Shown here one piece after another: positions 1-13,309 of a DNA stretch of 64,000 nt. Source of the DNA: Owenia fusiformis. Its lineage: Eukaryota. How positions within the stretch are numbered: the stretch's first letter is position 1; every line of letters starts with the position of its first letter. The notes under the pieces are model-generated. The model had not been told where the DNA came from and ran no database searches. It saw nothing but the letters and a program-made list of their open reading frames with translations. The position numbers and the translations under genes are program-made. The stretch spans positions 44,516,001 to 44,580,000 of the forward strand of contig CAIIXF020000001.1 of the NCBI GenBank assembly GCA_903813345.2, read 5' to 3'.

Positions 1-34
1 TTGAGGGTACCGCATATATAATACATCTCTGGTA

Positions 35-2598
35 TTACTCCCTGTCTATAAACCTGATGTTAAAATCACCAAGAGGGGTACCACCATATTGAAATTTTAG
101 TTTGTCAGGGTAAGGTGATTCACCGACATTCTCCATTTTGTACATTTGAATTAGGGAAGTCAACACTATAAACACTGCCATCTTTGTCATATGTTTCCCC
201 AAGCATGCGCGATGACCTGGAAAAAAATATTGTACAATATAAACTCAAGTTGTGCAAAAAATCACACTATGCATTTGTCCTGACAAAAGTTGATCTAACT
301 TGTAAATTATTTTTATTTTCAAGTAGTACAAATAATTTTGCAGGTGGGCTTAAGCCTATTTTTTTTTTAATCTCATGTGTGTGCAGCAACCATTTACTTC
401 AATGCTGGTGATACCAACGAATACTTTACTGAGCCAAGGCACTCTGTATGATACAAAATACTAGTGCTAACATTTGTATACATACCATATCCAAATGTGG
501 CAAATGTGTCTGGAACTGTCACCTTCAAGCCATCTGGGGCCAGAAATCTCTCTGGATGGAACTGACTAGGATTCTCCCATGATTTCTCATCGTGTAACAC
601 AGAGTATAGATTGAAATATATCTTTGCTTTCATCGGAATGTTGTATCCATTTAGTGTTACACCGTGCTCCGTGACACTGTGTTCTGCAGTGCCACCACCT
701 ATCCCTCTGTGACGCAGAACCTCCAGTATAAATGCTTGCGTCAATGGCATGTCCTTTCTCATATCTAGGTTCACAGGCCTTTGATTGCCATCGGTGGTTT
801 GTGTGATTTCATCAAATATTTTATCTTGGTAGTTTTGAAATTGGGCGGCATACAGAATTAACCATTTTAGTGTGCTAGGGACCTGTTCCAGGAGGTCGGG
901 ATAGAAGATCACAAGCAGAGAGCGAAATTGTTCCAATTGTTCTGTTTTCATGGATAGTTTTTTAGTCTCTTCTTTTTGTTGATCACTTGCCTCTATTAGA
1001 AGGGAATCTACAATATCTCTAGGGTCATCTGGTATCAAAGTCTCTTCATGGTCTATCAGTTTCTTGTCTAATAGATTTTCTATGTCAGCTGTGATACGAT
1101 CAATACGTTTCTTGAGGGGTAAAAATGGAACATGTCGTACAATTGGTCCTATAATTGGACCAATCAGCTTGATATTATTGATTGCGACCATTTTCCAAAC
1201 TGTAATGAAATAATCTTTGACCAGTTTGATTTCTTGTTGTACTTTGCTCTGTGAATCTTCCCAGTCTAGGTGTTCATTGAACATTGTGGCATACATTACA
1301 CTTGCAGCTATCATTCTACAGAATGGGTCTATGCTAATGCAGGCGCTGTCCTCTTTGTCGATGAAGGTTTTAGCTGAGTTCATTGTCTCCTGAAGCTTGG
1401 AGTCAAAGGATTTCGAGCGTGTAGTGAAGTTTCGCATCATCTGGGCCATGAGTTTATTTTCTCTTTTGAATTCTTCTGTATAGGACTTACCAAAAAATGC
1501 TGGAATTGAAACATATGTTACAGCGTTCACTGTTATTTGATTGGTTCTTAGTAATTATACATTTTTCTAAGTCTATCTCTTTACATATATTTTGCATATT
1601 TTTTTTGACCACCGACATTCTTTTGGTCTTCGTAAATTGAAAAAAACATCTTGTTTTTGTTGAGGTTCATGATAGATAATAAACAAGTTGTGTAATCCTT
1701 AGGATTTATACAGGCTGACACAAAAATTGCAAATCTCTAATTTATTTTACCAGGAAGGTGAGCTCTTTTACCAAGGGGGCAGCCTTTGTTAGGGGGAGCT
1801 TTTTGACAGTTTTGGCTTATGAAAATCATGTGAAAAGTGCTCAGAATGGTGAAAACCGCAAAAAGGCATTTAGGTTTATGAAATACAATAGATACAACAA
1901 ATCAAAAATCAAATTTGTCTCTAAAGATTGTGTATCATAAAATCACATGTTATTATCAAAATGATTTACCTTTTCTGAAGAGTTTCCATCGATTGAATGA
2001 GTTGTGTGGGGGTCTCCCTGCGAACACATTAGCATTTTGTACCAATGCCTCTCTTACTGCCCTTGGACCACTTATCACAACCATCAACCTAGAAATATTT
2101 TTGCATAATTGTCAATGAATATCATTTTGAATTTGTACATTATTTGAGCTCTTCAGGCCTGACATAGTCACCCAAATACATTAATGTCTGTAGTTAAAGT
2201 TTTTTCTTTTGACCATGTCTTTTTAAATGTGCAAACTACACCCAGCTCATTTATACCAGTACAGAAATTGAGAAGGATTTATAAAATATTCAGTAGGGTA
2301 CAAGCCACTGTTATACATGTACTCACATTTCATTTACATACATCGATGTTACATTTCCATATTCCTCATACATTGACTGAAAGTCCATGTGCTCTCCCCG
2401 GATTCTCTTTATACTGCCAAATATGGGTATAGGGAGAGGTCCTGGTGGTAGGTTTGGAGGCAGTCTGAGGTACCATATTAGGATCAGTATTGATGCTATG
2501 ATTATTACTTGAACAATGGCATCATACAAACTGCCAGGTAGAGCAAAGAATATAAAGAAATTCATCGCCTCAACTGCGTCTGACAGTGAAAATGCCAT
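35..2598 (-). CDS. Cytochrome P450, clan 2-like, microsomal; 4 coding exons, about 528 aa; atypical I-helix
   Basis: Exons 2598-2327, 2088-1970, 1499-486 and 216-35 join in frame with GT-AG introns (1587 nt, ends TAA). Motifs: N-terminal TM anchor, PPGP hinge, FAGRP, ExxR (EVLR), PERF (HPERF), heme ligand FGYGHRACLG split by the last intron. An acceptor lies 3 nt before the ATG and a donor (GTGAGT) at about 2930 suggests a non-coding first exon. Confidence 0.95.
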
Positions 2599-4020
2599 AA
2601 TCTAAAAAAGAAACAAGCAAAATTAGGTTTATTCAGTTTACATGAAGTATGAACAATACCTTTTCTTTCAATGTACCTCTGTTACCATATCTTTCTCAAC
2701 ATGTTGTTGTGGGATATATCATTATAATGGTAAGGTTTGCCATAACATTTGTGAGATCTGTATTTGCATTATCTCTCTGTATGCTTCCGTTCCTATTTGT
2801 AACCATGATTTTTCATTTAATTTAATTAAAGCACTTTCATTTTCTGAACACTCTGTGCTGTTACATCTCAACATTTTACAGGTTTTATCTCGACATGCTT
2901 GCAATATACGTGTGTAAATGTTATACTCACCAATATATGTTTGTTTGTCTGGAGTGAACTGTGTACTGACTTACTGTGTAAACAGAGACAGCTTTTATCT
3001 CAGCTGAAGCATGTAAAATAATAGTAAATATAATGATGATGTATAGCATTATATGAATCATGTTGACCTGTGTGTTTTTGATATGATTGTCTGATTTGTT
3101 AACTATACTCTAGATAGATAACTCTGTTGATTCATCAGACCAACTTTATATTCTGTAGCAGATCTCTCAAAATTAACATGTGACCCCTCTGCATTAAATG
3201 TTCCCAAAATGTCAATGCATTGTATAGCATAGTGGTATTTACCTCCACTGATTTAGCTAAACAATTTTTCATTGTGTGTAAAATCTCTCTCAATTTGTTC
3301 TCTATATTCTATTCTATGAAATGTGCTAAATACCTCAAAAGTTCAAAATTATTTTGGAAGGGTATTTTGCCTATACAGGGTGCCATTTATCATATTACAA
3401 TTGTGAATTATAACAACTGCTTAGCGCCATGAATTTAAATGTAAATGGTGCCTGCAAAGTAGTTCACACATTCAAAATTTTCAGAAAGGCTAAAAACCTC
3501 CTGTTCAAGAACCCCCATTTTAACCAATTAGAATTGTAAACACGTATCCAGTAACAAAATTTTACTGGTTTAGACTCAATCAATCAATGTTCTTCTAAGA
3601 CTATGAGGATTCCATGATATCTCCATGGTGATAGCATTGGGATATGATGATATCCCCATGTTAAGTCAATAGTACATATCCCCTTAAATATCCTTGCTGA
3701 AATCCTCATTTTCTCAGAACCCTAATGTATTGATTTATAACTTATTAATGTCAAAACATGATATATTTAGTCCAGTATAATTGGTGAGTGACAGAAAAAT
3801 CCTAAGACCCACACTGTAGTCTGAAAAGTCCTGACTTTCTTCCCTGCTGGTTTATATAAAATAGCTACTCAAAGCAAAATGAAATGAATGATTTGTTTTT
3901 TGTGCCAAGGGCTACTCTGATGAGTTAATATTCCTCTATCTTCATTTCTTGCATGACCTTTCGCCATAATGGTTCATTTGAGAATGAGAAATTTATATTA
4001 TGTGTCTTATGTGTTTTCAG

Positions 4021-6489
4021 GTTTGAGAAAATCTTTAGAAAGAAAAAGACAAAAATATTTCTCTGCCATAGATTTTGATACCATTCCCAGTGAATTCTCC
4101 AGCTACAGTGCCAAACAGGATATAGATGTCGCCTTAGACAAGTGTGAAATTATTGATGATGGTAGTGACAGTGATATTGAAGTGGAAATCATTAACACAG
4201 GTGAATATGTGTGGCCTTTGTGAGAGCTCTACTTGGGCCTACACTCTTTAAATAACAAATGATTCTTAAATCAAGCCAATATTCAGTCAGAATGGATAGT
4301 CAGATTTAGAGGTTCTTGTATGCGTACCTGTGCAACATCATCCATTTGTGATGAGATAATATATAGAGACTTTGTCAAAGTGAATCAAGAATGGACGATC
4401 TTGTACAGGTACGAGTACAATAGTTTTTCTCATATTACTCTGTATAATGCCATATGACCTTGACATTTTAATGTGCCCTTGACCTTCCAACATAAATGGA
4501 TGTCCAGGGAGACTTGAATAGATTTATGCAGCTCTATTTTTACAGGTAACCCAATTCCATCAGCAAAAATCAAAGTGGAACCAGAGTCTGAAGATGAAAT
4601 AGAATACAAACAACACATTCCTTCATCTAAAGATGTCACCACAGTCAGTCACATTGCAAACCAGGTATACAGCTGTAGTGATTTTCTTTTGGGGTCTCCA
4701 GGTTCATTGTAGTTTTAGTGACGAAAACATTTGAAAAATTGTTCAATATTAATACCCTTTTTAATCCAATGAAGAAAATTCAATGGGATATATAGTCCTC
4801 TCGTTCTATCAAAATGTTTCAGAAGGTTGGTTTTTGGGATGTTATGCGGACATCACAGACATGAAAGAATGAACATTTTCCTCGAGTTTCCATATTGTAG
4901 CCTAACATTTGATCATTTTGTTTTTTGTAATTTCAGGTTGGTGTTGAGATAAGGCCTGTGGAAGTGGACCTGGGAATAAGTGCAGATGCAGTACAGGAGA
5001 TGATATTCTCGGTAATTCTTGAAACATTAAGTGTTTTCATACTGTTGGTGGTTGAACAGAAATTACTGAGGCACACTAGATAAACCATACATATTTCAGC
5101 ATTTAGATTTGGTTTAAATGTAATTCAGTTTTCCAGTATGGAATTCTGTTGCAACAATTGAAATCATGCTGTTTCACAAGAGCAAAATCTTTATTGTCTA
5201 TTTACAATGTATCAGACCTTTTATGAAATATATCTATTGCTTTATATTTTCTGATTCCTGTATAATAAGGATTTTATTTTATTTGTACGATGCCCTCTTA
5301 GGGCCAAATGTACATCCAACAATTACAATTTTCAATTACAGTAAAAATAGCAATAAAGTTAAGAAAATAAGACTACATTCTTGAAATGACATATGTTTCT
5401 TTGATATAAGATCCTGTCTCTACCAATCATTAGATAATTTATCATGTCAGCCAGTTCTTTTAATATTTTCCCCTCACTCGTCAAAAGAATAATTGTCTTG
5501 TATGTATGTATTGCTTGTGATTTTGCTACGAGTCATAGATAAATTGATGTGTAATCTAGGTAGATCAGGAGTTTAAAACATGAACCTTCTTTCGTGTAAG
5601 TGGGAAAAAATGATTTCTCGTGGAGTGCCTGAAATAATATAGATGGAGCTGCTCAATATAATTAATAAATTCAAGTTGTAGTTATAAAATGTACTCACCT
5701 TAACACAGTGTAATTTTGTCCTATTGTTTCAGGCAACTCGTCAGTTCACAGATGACTTACTCAGGGAAGCATGCTCTATCCACATAGCAAATAACAGGTA
5801 AGGCCTTAGTTAGCTGTCTTCTTCAGAAAAAAGACCACATGGCCATGTTTCTTTTCTTTTATTCCAAAATCTTAAAAAGGGCTTGACAATGAGTGATCAG
5901 GAACTGCTAAACAGATACATGCATATGTTTTTATGTCACTACCAGAAGTGGTGACATAAGGTTATATAGTTTCCAACTTTTTGTGGATGGTGATTGGGAT
6001 CTGGGGGGGGGGTCGGTGTCTGTAACTAATGGCAGGTGGTGACATTTTGCATGCCAATGCCTTGTTAACTTTTTTAAATTACTAAATTAGGCCGATGCAC
6101 AGCTTCAGAAAAGTGCCTCTTGTAATGTAGGCCAATTACCTTATTGGACTAATTTTCTTGAGTCTATGTACCAAAAGAACAAATAGAAAAACATGTTTGG
6201 TTTAATGTAAATTATTTCATGAATTCAAGATGGAGTTACAAATTGAAGCAATTGATTTGATGAAGTATTTTAAACATTTAATTTTCTTTTACATACGACT
6301 TTAAAATGTTTTAAACATATGATGCATTAACGAACGTCCATTTCTTATTTCAGTTATCCAGAGGAGCTAGGATCTCTTGATATATACAGAGCGATTAATT
6401 CAGTCGCCAAATTTGACTTTCTAAGCAATAAAAATCTTGGGAGTCAAATCAATGACAATCACCATGGTGACATGAAGGACCCAACCTGA
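4021..6489 (+). CDS. YEATS2: YEATS domain-containing protein 2, last 5 exons (C-terminal histone-fold region); 5' part outside window
   Basis: Exons 4021-4200, 4546-4664, 4937-5011, 5733-5797 and 6354-6489 splice in frame to ...VGVEIRPVEVDLGISADAVQEMIFSATRQFTDDLLREAC...DIYRAINSVAKFDFLSNKNLG...*. This matches my recollection of the YEATS2 C-terminus (QPVE..MIFKATEQF.DDLLR..FLDFLTNKHMG). Identified by recognition, not by a search. Confidence 0.8.
5927..6066 (+). mobile_element. Short non-autonomous DINE/HINE-like element (family A)
   Basis: 5' palindrome ATGTCACTACCAGAAGTGGTGACAT and 3' GGTGGTGACATTTTGCATGCCAATGCCTTGTT; the same ends recur at 9712-9855, 41125-42205 and 61385-61746. Confidence 0.6.
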
Positions 6490-6812
6490 ATATATAATGA
6501 TACAACATAGGATGGAGTGATAACCTTTATTTATTTAAACTACACGAGCATTGTTCCTGACATCTTAAGATTGGATTCTATCATGTATTCTTTGCAAATA
6601 CTGTGAATGTTACAAAAGGTGGTGTGCATTTTCAACATAATTTTAAAATTACTGTGCATGTATAGTTTTAGGGATATTGGGACAACTCTTATATTACACA
6701 TGAAAAAAGCAAAACTGTAGCTCTTCAAAAACTCTTTCAGTGAATATATCTTTCCTGTATTCTGTACCAGATAAAGTTGTAGTCATTTTACAAAGAATTG
6801 GTCAAAAAATCA

Positions 6813-7852
6813 CTCCTATAAAGTTTCAACCATTTTGCCTTATATTGTAGTCTTACTCAATGTTATCAAAATGTGATATAATGTGAAACTTTGTTATATA
6901 TATAAGTTGTTTTGAAAGAAATTTTTGTACAGAAAACTTTTTAATTTTGGTTATCACACACATCTTTTAATAAGAAGTAATGTATATCATTGCATACTGT
7001 ACATCTTACACTATTTTGTGTTGAAAAAATTAAGAGGATTAGTTAAAAAATAAGGGAAATTAACTTTCAAGTGCAGAAAAGTTTAAAGATATGTTTTGTG
7101 GAATTTTTTTTCAAATATTCAAATTTCCCGCCATTTTTCAAATAAAAGTTTAAATTTTTAATCATCAAATATTCCTCTATTCAGTGCTGAACACATAAAA
7201 GGTGGAATGCTGATAACTGGGCGTTAATATATATATCGTCTTCTTGATGAGACACATATTGGAACTTGGGATTCATAGCCATTCAACTAAGCCACAAAAA
7301 GTATGTAAATTAGTTGTTCAATATGTTCAATTGTGTTAATAATCTCGATATTATTCTTTTAACTTTTTAACACGACTGCGAAGAAAAAACTTTTGCACCC
7401 TAAATGACATCTTCGTGATGTCATTTTGGGTGCAAAAAATGTTTTGGAAAAAATTCAAATCTACTCAATTTTTTTCTAATTATGCCTAACTTTCAAAATA
7501 AACCAATGAATGTTGATTGTCTAACAAAGTTGAAAAGAAGAATATATTGTGTTCCATTGGTTTCTATGAGAATTAAAATTTTATGATGCATTTTTCTCTG
7601 AACCACTTTCATGCATGGATGAGTTCATTCTCGCTTATTTATGGACCGATTTTCTTAATTTTTTCTACAAAAGACCAGTGAGGTTGAATGCTACTCATTC
7701 ATGTTTTAAATAAATTCATGATTTTTCAAACAAAAAGTCCTTCAAAAAACACTTTGAAATTTAAAAACAAATTTTCATATAGGCCTATCACATTTTGATA
7801 ACATTGGGTAAGACTACAATATAAGCCAAAGTGGTTTAAACTTTATATGGAG
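6813..7852. mobile_element. Non-autonomous DNA transposon (MITE) with about 68-bp terminal inverted repeats
   Basis: CTCCTATAAAGTTTCAACCATTTTGCCTTATATTGTAGTCTTACTCAATGTTATCAAAATGTGATA at the left end has a near-identical reverse complement at about 7785-7852; no clear TSD. Confidence 0.7.
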
Positions 7853-9711
7853 AAAACATATTTTATCAACTTAGTAAAGTTTTGTTACAGAAAAAACTTA
7901 TGAATTCAGAAAATAAATTGTGTACCCTAAATGACATCAATGCCTGATGACATCACAAATTCTTATCAACAATTAAATCTAATTTTCTAGTATGCCTAAA
8001 AGGAAGTTGAATTGTTAAAATTGATCTGTAGGAGTGCAGGAAATAATTTATTTACAGTTTACATTGTATAATGTATATGATGATCTAAAAATTGAAATTT
8101 TTGTTATAGAAATGGCGAGAAAATCAGATATTGTAAAATTTAAAGAACAGCATTTTTGGAAAGACCACTTACTTTTCGAACAATTTTCATGACATATAAT
8201 ATTTGGATGATTAAACAATAAGTTCATGTTTGGGGGTGTACTTTGCACATGTTAGACTGTGCTGAAAAGAAGTTATAAAATTGCACATTTGAAAACTAGA
8301 AAATGTATTGCCATTCATATTTTTATAGAATTATTAACAATTAAACACAATTGTAAAATACAAAAAAGAAAATAAATATTATTTTTCTATGTGTAAGTAA
8401 AATTAAAATGTGAATTTAAGTCAAATTCTGGGGCTCTAGAAGAGTGTTCGAATGTACACACATAAACTGTACATGACTACATATGTGTATACATATTTCA
8501 ATTATTTATTCCATTTACATACATAGCACCATGTATTCCAATGTGGTTTGAAATAAAATAAATAAATAAAATAAATAATTCTTGAAGAATTTGGAACTTC
8601 GTTTTATTGTTTTTAGACTATCAGGTATGAGTACAGTTAGGCACCATGAACTAATCACTAACTTTTAGATATTCAATCCCATTGATGTGTGAGTATTAAT
8701 ATTTACCATTGAATTAGTTGCTAATCCCATTTCACAACAATTGCTTGTTTTCTTTTTATTAATAAACTATTTAGGATTAGACCAAGAATCAATTGAGGTT
8801 AGCATACATGATCTGTATTTAAATTCCAAGTTCAACATACAAATAACTTGTTTCTATTTTCCCAAATTCAATTAATAAAATTTTCCCATTTTAGTTTTAC
8901 AAATTCGATTAGGATCAATTCCAAACCATTTCACAAGAGAAAACACATAATAATTCTTCATTTGTGTTAGTAATCCTTTGTTAAAAAGTGTATAGACTTT
9001 CAATGTTGAATAAATCATAATCCTATTGAAGGTGAACAAACTGAGGTGTATGTGGTTGCTAGTTACTCTCCAAAGCAATGCATTTTTATGCTAATTAGCT
9101 CAAGTTGAAAACGAGGCTGCACTAACTTCCCTCAAAGTCGGCCATATTGATCGCTATGTAAATCATCTTCGGTAACTACGTTATTTATAACCAAAGATAA
9201 GGATTAATCTTATGATCTAACATGCTTGACATGTAGAGTAAGTATATATATTTATTATCTGAAAGTTCTGTGAAAATCTTTTAAACAGAAATCGTTATTT
9301 CTCATGGAGTAATATTTGAAATTTTTATACAGAAAATTCAATTTTTGAAAAAGTTCAAAACAAGGTTTGATTTATTAGTTGGTTCAGGTACTCGAGTAAT
9401 GCGACTATAATATATAATCCTGGTATCGGATAAGGGTCAGGTTCATGTCTGTTCATGGGTGTAGTTGGATTGATTGGATAGGCTGATCAAAATGATGTGC
9501 GTGTATATTTACGTTACATTGCACCTTTTATACACTTTGGATAGAAGATCAATGCCTCTGTCTGTAAACTAAACCACTTGTGTCACATGTTATTTCTTTC
9601 CTAACTATCAATTTGAAGATATTCTCCGTGTTTTTCTCTTCCATTACAACCATGGGCTTTCTAGACAGGATATTAGACTTTTAAGTCTCATAGCCGTATG
9701 GAATCCCAGTT

Positions 9712-9855
9712 TATTATGTCACTACCAAAAGTGGTAACATATTGTTGTCTCCAACCTTTTTGTGGACAGTTGTTGGTGTTTGATGGTTGGTGTTCAGCTT
9801 TCGACATCTGTTACAAATGGTAGGTGGTGACATTTTGCATGGTAATGCCTTGTTG
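9712..9855 (+). mobile_element. Short family A DINE/HINE-like element
   Basis: Colinear similarity to 5927-6066, including both termini. Confidence 0.6.
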
Positions 9856-11342
9856 ATAACTGTCCTAAATAAATTAAATTGGCATTTAACTTGTACACTA
9901 CAGTATTATGAGGTATTCTTTAAAGAATAGACAGAGAATGTACATTTCATGGAATCTGTAAAATATAAATGCACTCAAAAATGTTATTTCCTGGGAACTT
10001 TAGGAGCAGAAGATCTTTTGCTATAAACCCCTTCAGAGCTTCCTGCAGAATCTCTACAAGAATGGTTTATCTGTAATGACTTTCCCAAGCTAGCTTCAAA
10101 TTCATACATATATATTGTAATATTCTTCATATATTCCCGGACTGCTACAATGTTGCAAAATTGCTGTTAAATTATATATTTAACATTGTTGCTTATGACA
10201 ATGTCTATAAGTGTTATATTGTTACTTTGTGTATTTGTTTTTGACAATATTGCTTGATAGAATAATAATTGTAAAACCTGACTAATCCGAACACCCATGG
10301 AACCAGCCAAAAGCGTTCAAATTGGCAGGTGTTCAAATTTCGAGGATTTTGTTGGTCGGGGAGGGGGATTTTCATTGTTCAGTCCACTATATTGAACACT
10401 TAATAAGTCAGAAAAGAATACATGTTGTTGATGAGTTTATTCTACAATAGGCCTATAGCCTATATGCTATGTCTGAAACAAATCTTTCAATAGAGTGAAC
10501 AAACACATTCGAACATTCTGAAACATAATTTAATCTTTATTGTTTTTTTACACAATTCCTGTTTTTAGAAATATCCTATTAAGTATCAAAGTCAGAAAAC
10601 TATAATTTTCAAAAGTCTGCCTAATTTGATTCTCGTTTTCAGTCTTAGAAACTCCTCAAAGACTTAAATTTTCAAAAGGATGTTTCATAAATCGCTTTGT
10701 CTTACATCAATTCCTTATCTCCCTCTCGATGTCATTTCACCAATCATATCATTGATAGAGAATGGAGGATGAGGGGGAGGGGCAAAACAAGGGCTGAAAG
10801 TACAATTATTTAATTAATTGGCATTGTCTGTGGTCTTTATAATGTTTTCCATTGTGCTTTTTGTGATCATTTCCCAACACTGCTCATTGCTTGGTATAGT
10901 AGTACTTTTCAATGTAACAAAGTTATAAACAGTTATACTCAAATGTCCTTCAAATTATTGTTAACCTGAAGCTTATCATTCTTTTACACCATTTATGATA
11001 AAATTACAATGCTACGCGAGCATGTATGTATACAATTTTGTTTACCAAGAACTTGACCTCAAATTCTACTTATCTGGCAATGAATTGCTTTGATACACGT
11101 TAGTTAAACTGTACAAGTGTATATCACAGATACTGATTATTAGTTTTACAAACTTTCACAGATATTTTCTCTATCAAAAAGTTAAATCATCAACAAGTGT
11201 ATTCCTCGAAAGAAGAAGTAAGATTTATCTATTTCATTTTCTATTTTCTATATGCACTCCTATATTCTAGGAATTCTATCCAATTACCCTTTCCAATCGT
11301 TTGATGTGCCTCTATCCACATTCTTTATAGTCGTTTGATCTA

Positions 11343-11612
11343 GGGCAAAGGGGTGTAATGTCGACGTGTGGGGTAATGTTGAGATAATAGACGGGGTAAC
11401 TTCGACACTTACGTATTAGAAGTAGAATTTCCGTTTTCCGCCATGTTTGATTTCTGGAAAAATTAAAATCTCGTGAGATCTCGATCCATGCGAGAAAAAA
11501 AACATGGCTTCCCCCTAGATCGGAAATTAGAGCAAATAAACAACAAGGTGTCGAAGTTACCCCACATGTCGAAGTTACCCCAAAATGGTGTCGACGTTAC
11601 ACCCCTTCACCC
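11343..11612. mobile_element. MITE with TA flanks (Tc1/mariner/pogo type)
   Basis: TA-GGGCAAAGGGGTGTAATGTCGAC ... GTCGACGTTACACCCCTTCACCC-TA, with subterminal GGGGTAACTTCGACA / TGTCGAAGTTACCCC repeats. Confidence 0.7.
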
Positions 11613-12035
11613 TAGCCATTACCATTTAGAATGCATCAAGAATATGGTTGATAAATATCTAGCTGCCCAATCAAAATAGCATTCACTAAATTGTAGAGGT
11701 GTCATGGAACAAAAAATATTGGTTCGGTTTGGTTCAGAACATTTGGTTTGGGAACTGAACAATTTCGGAACAGAGTGACTGCGTGTATAAGATTGGAATA
11801 AGTTCATTGACTAGGTCTATCAGAAAGTGAAAAGCTCATCTTTCTCGAGTGAGGAGTGAAAAAATGAACTTCTTATGTTGCAAAAAATTGAAAAAACAAT
11901 GCTGTTTCCGCTAATTTGTGGGCCAAATGCTGTGAAAAGGTAAGATTTTCTTGTTCCAGAGCTGAACCGAAATGTTGAATTTTTGTTCCATGTTCCGATC
12001 TGAGAGCCCAATTGTGCAGTTAAGAACAAAATCAG

Positions 12036-13309
12036 GGAATGTACTAAAAACCCTTCGACCCTTCGACCCTGCAACCTACGACTTACAGCGTGTCAAGAAT
12101 TTTTGAAATATATTTTTATAAAAACCCTTCGACCTTCTAGATATTTCTCAGTCCATATGAAGTTGCTGGAAATATTACTTTGTGTATAGAACTTAAGAAT
12201 CTGTCCCAAGAGAGTTAAAGATATTTAAAGCTGGACTTCGATCGGAGCTGGCGATATGATTTTGGAAAGGTTTCTAAGTGAAGAACGTGAAGTCACTTCC
12301 GAATCGTAGCATTCAAAATAAGTAGCGTTTAATTACTTCCGCCATCAAAAAATCACGGTGGTCTAGCGGAAGAATGCTTGCTTAGCACGCGGGAGGCCCA
12401 GGTTCGAATCCCGCATTTGCCTTTTTATTTTTTTAACTAAATGATTGTTCTTTGACATTACGCAGATAATTTTTTTTTCATATACATAAACTTTATTTTA
12501 GGGCTTGAAAATGTAAAAACAATATATGTCAACATATTGCGTTTTGGAGCGATGTGCAGGTTTAATGTATTCAAGAACATTCGAATCGAATGTGAACGTT
12601 TCTTACCTCCTCAGTAAAAATATTTGTGCTTTTCCCATCACATTGTAACAGTGGCGCATCATGCATATTTTCAGGAGGTCAAATTTTTTATATAGTTTAA
12701 AGAGAACCGTCTTTTGATTTTATCAACTTTGATTCAATTTGGATTTGTATAGTTAAGAATCTAATGCCAACTAAATAAGTAGATTCTTTGTTTTGCATCC
12801 TACAAAATCCAAAGCATGCAAGGGTACAAGGAAAATAAACACAAACCGTCAAGAAAAAGCTTGAAAGCTAGGTCATATCATGGGCCATGGTCATATCAGG
12901 TTCGTATAACCAGCTTTTGCCAATTTAAGTTTTTCAAAAGGATCAAGGGGTGAACATTTGACAATTTTCAAGTGGCCCAGAAATCTTGAAAATGCTCAGA
13001 ATCGTGAAAAATTGTACTGATTTTGAGAGAATATTTGGCCAATGGAGTGGTCCACTTGAACCCACGAATGTCCCCCCCCCTGAATATATACATTTTCTAC
13101 TGAAACATTTTTGCTTGACAATTACCAGGTAAAATGCGTATTTGCGTGCACAGGGAGCTCAAGTTGGAACTATACGTAATCATTTAGTAAACTGGACTGG
13201 GAAATCAGAGGTCGAAGGGTTTTTCAATAAAATATATTCCAAAAATTCTTGACACCCAGTAAGTCGTAGGGTCGAAGGGTCGTAGGTCGAAGGGTTTTTA
13301 GTACATTCC
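12036..13309. mobile_element. Non-autonomous DNA transposon with about 120-bp TIRs and 9-bp TSD (Mutator- or Merlin-like)
   Basis: TIR GGAATGTACTAAAAACCCTTCGACC... / ...GGTCGAAGGGTTTTTAGTACATTCC; identical 9-bp flanks CAAAATCAG at 12027-12035 and 13310-13318. Confidence 0.85.
12352..12421 (+). pseudogene. tRNA-Ala(AGC)-derived sequence (pseudo-tRNA or SINE head) inside the transposon
   Basis: A-box TGGTCTAGCGG (12359-12369), anticodon arm CTTGC-TTAGCAC-GCGGG, B-box GGTTCGAATCC (12401-12411), then a T-run. T-stem and acceptor stem pair poorly. Confidence 0.6.

Noticed and set aside
12352..12421. Functional tRNA-Ala gene
   Set aside because: Acceptor and T stems do not pair properly and the sequence lies inside a transposon; reported as a pseudo-tRNA.
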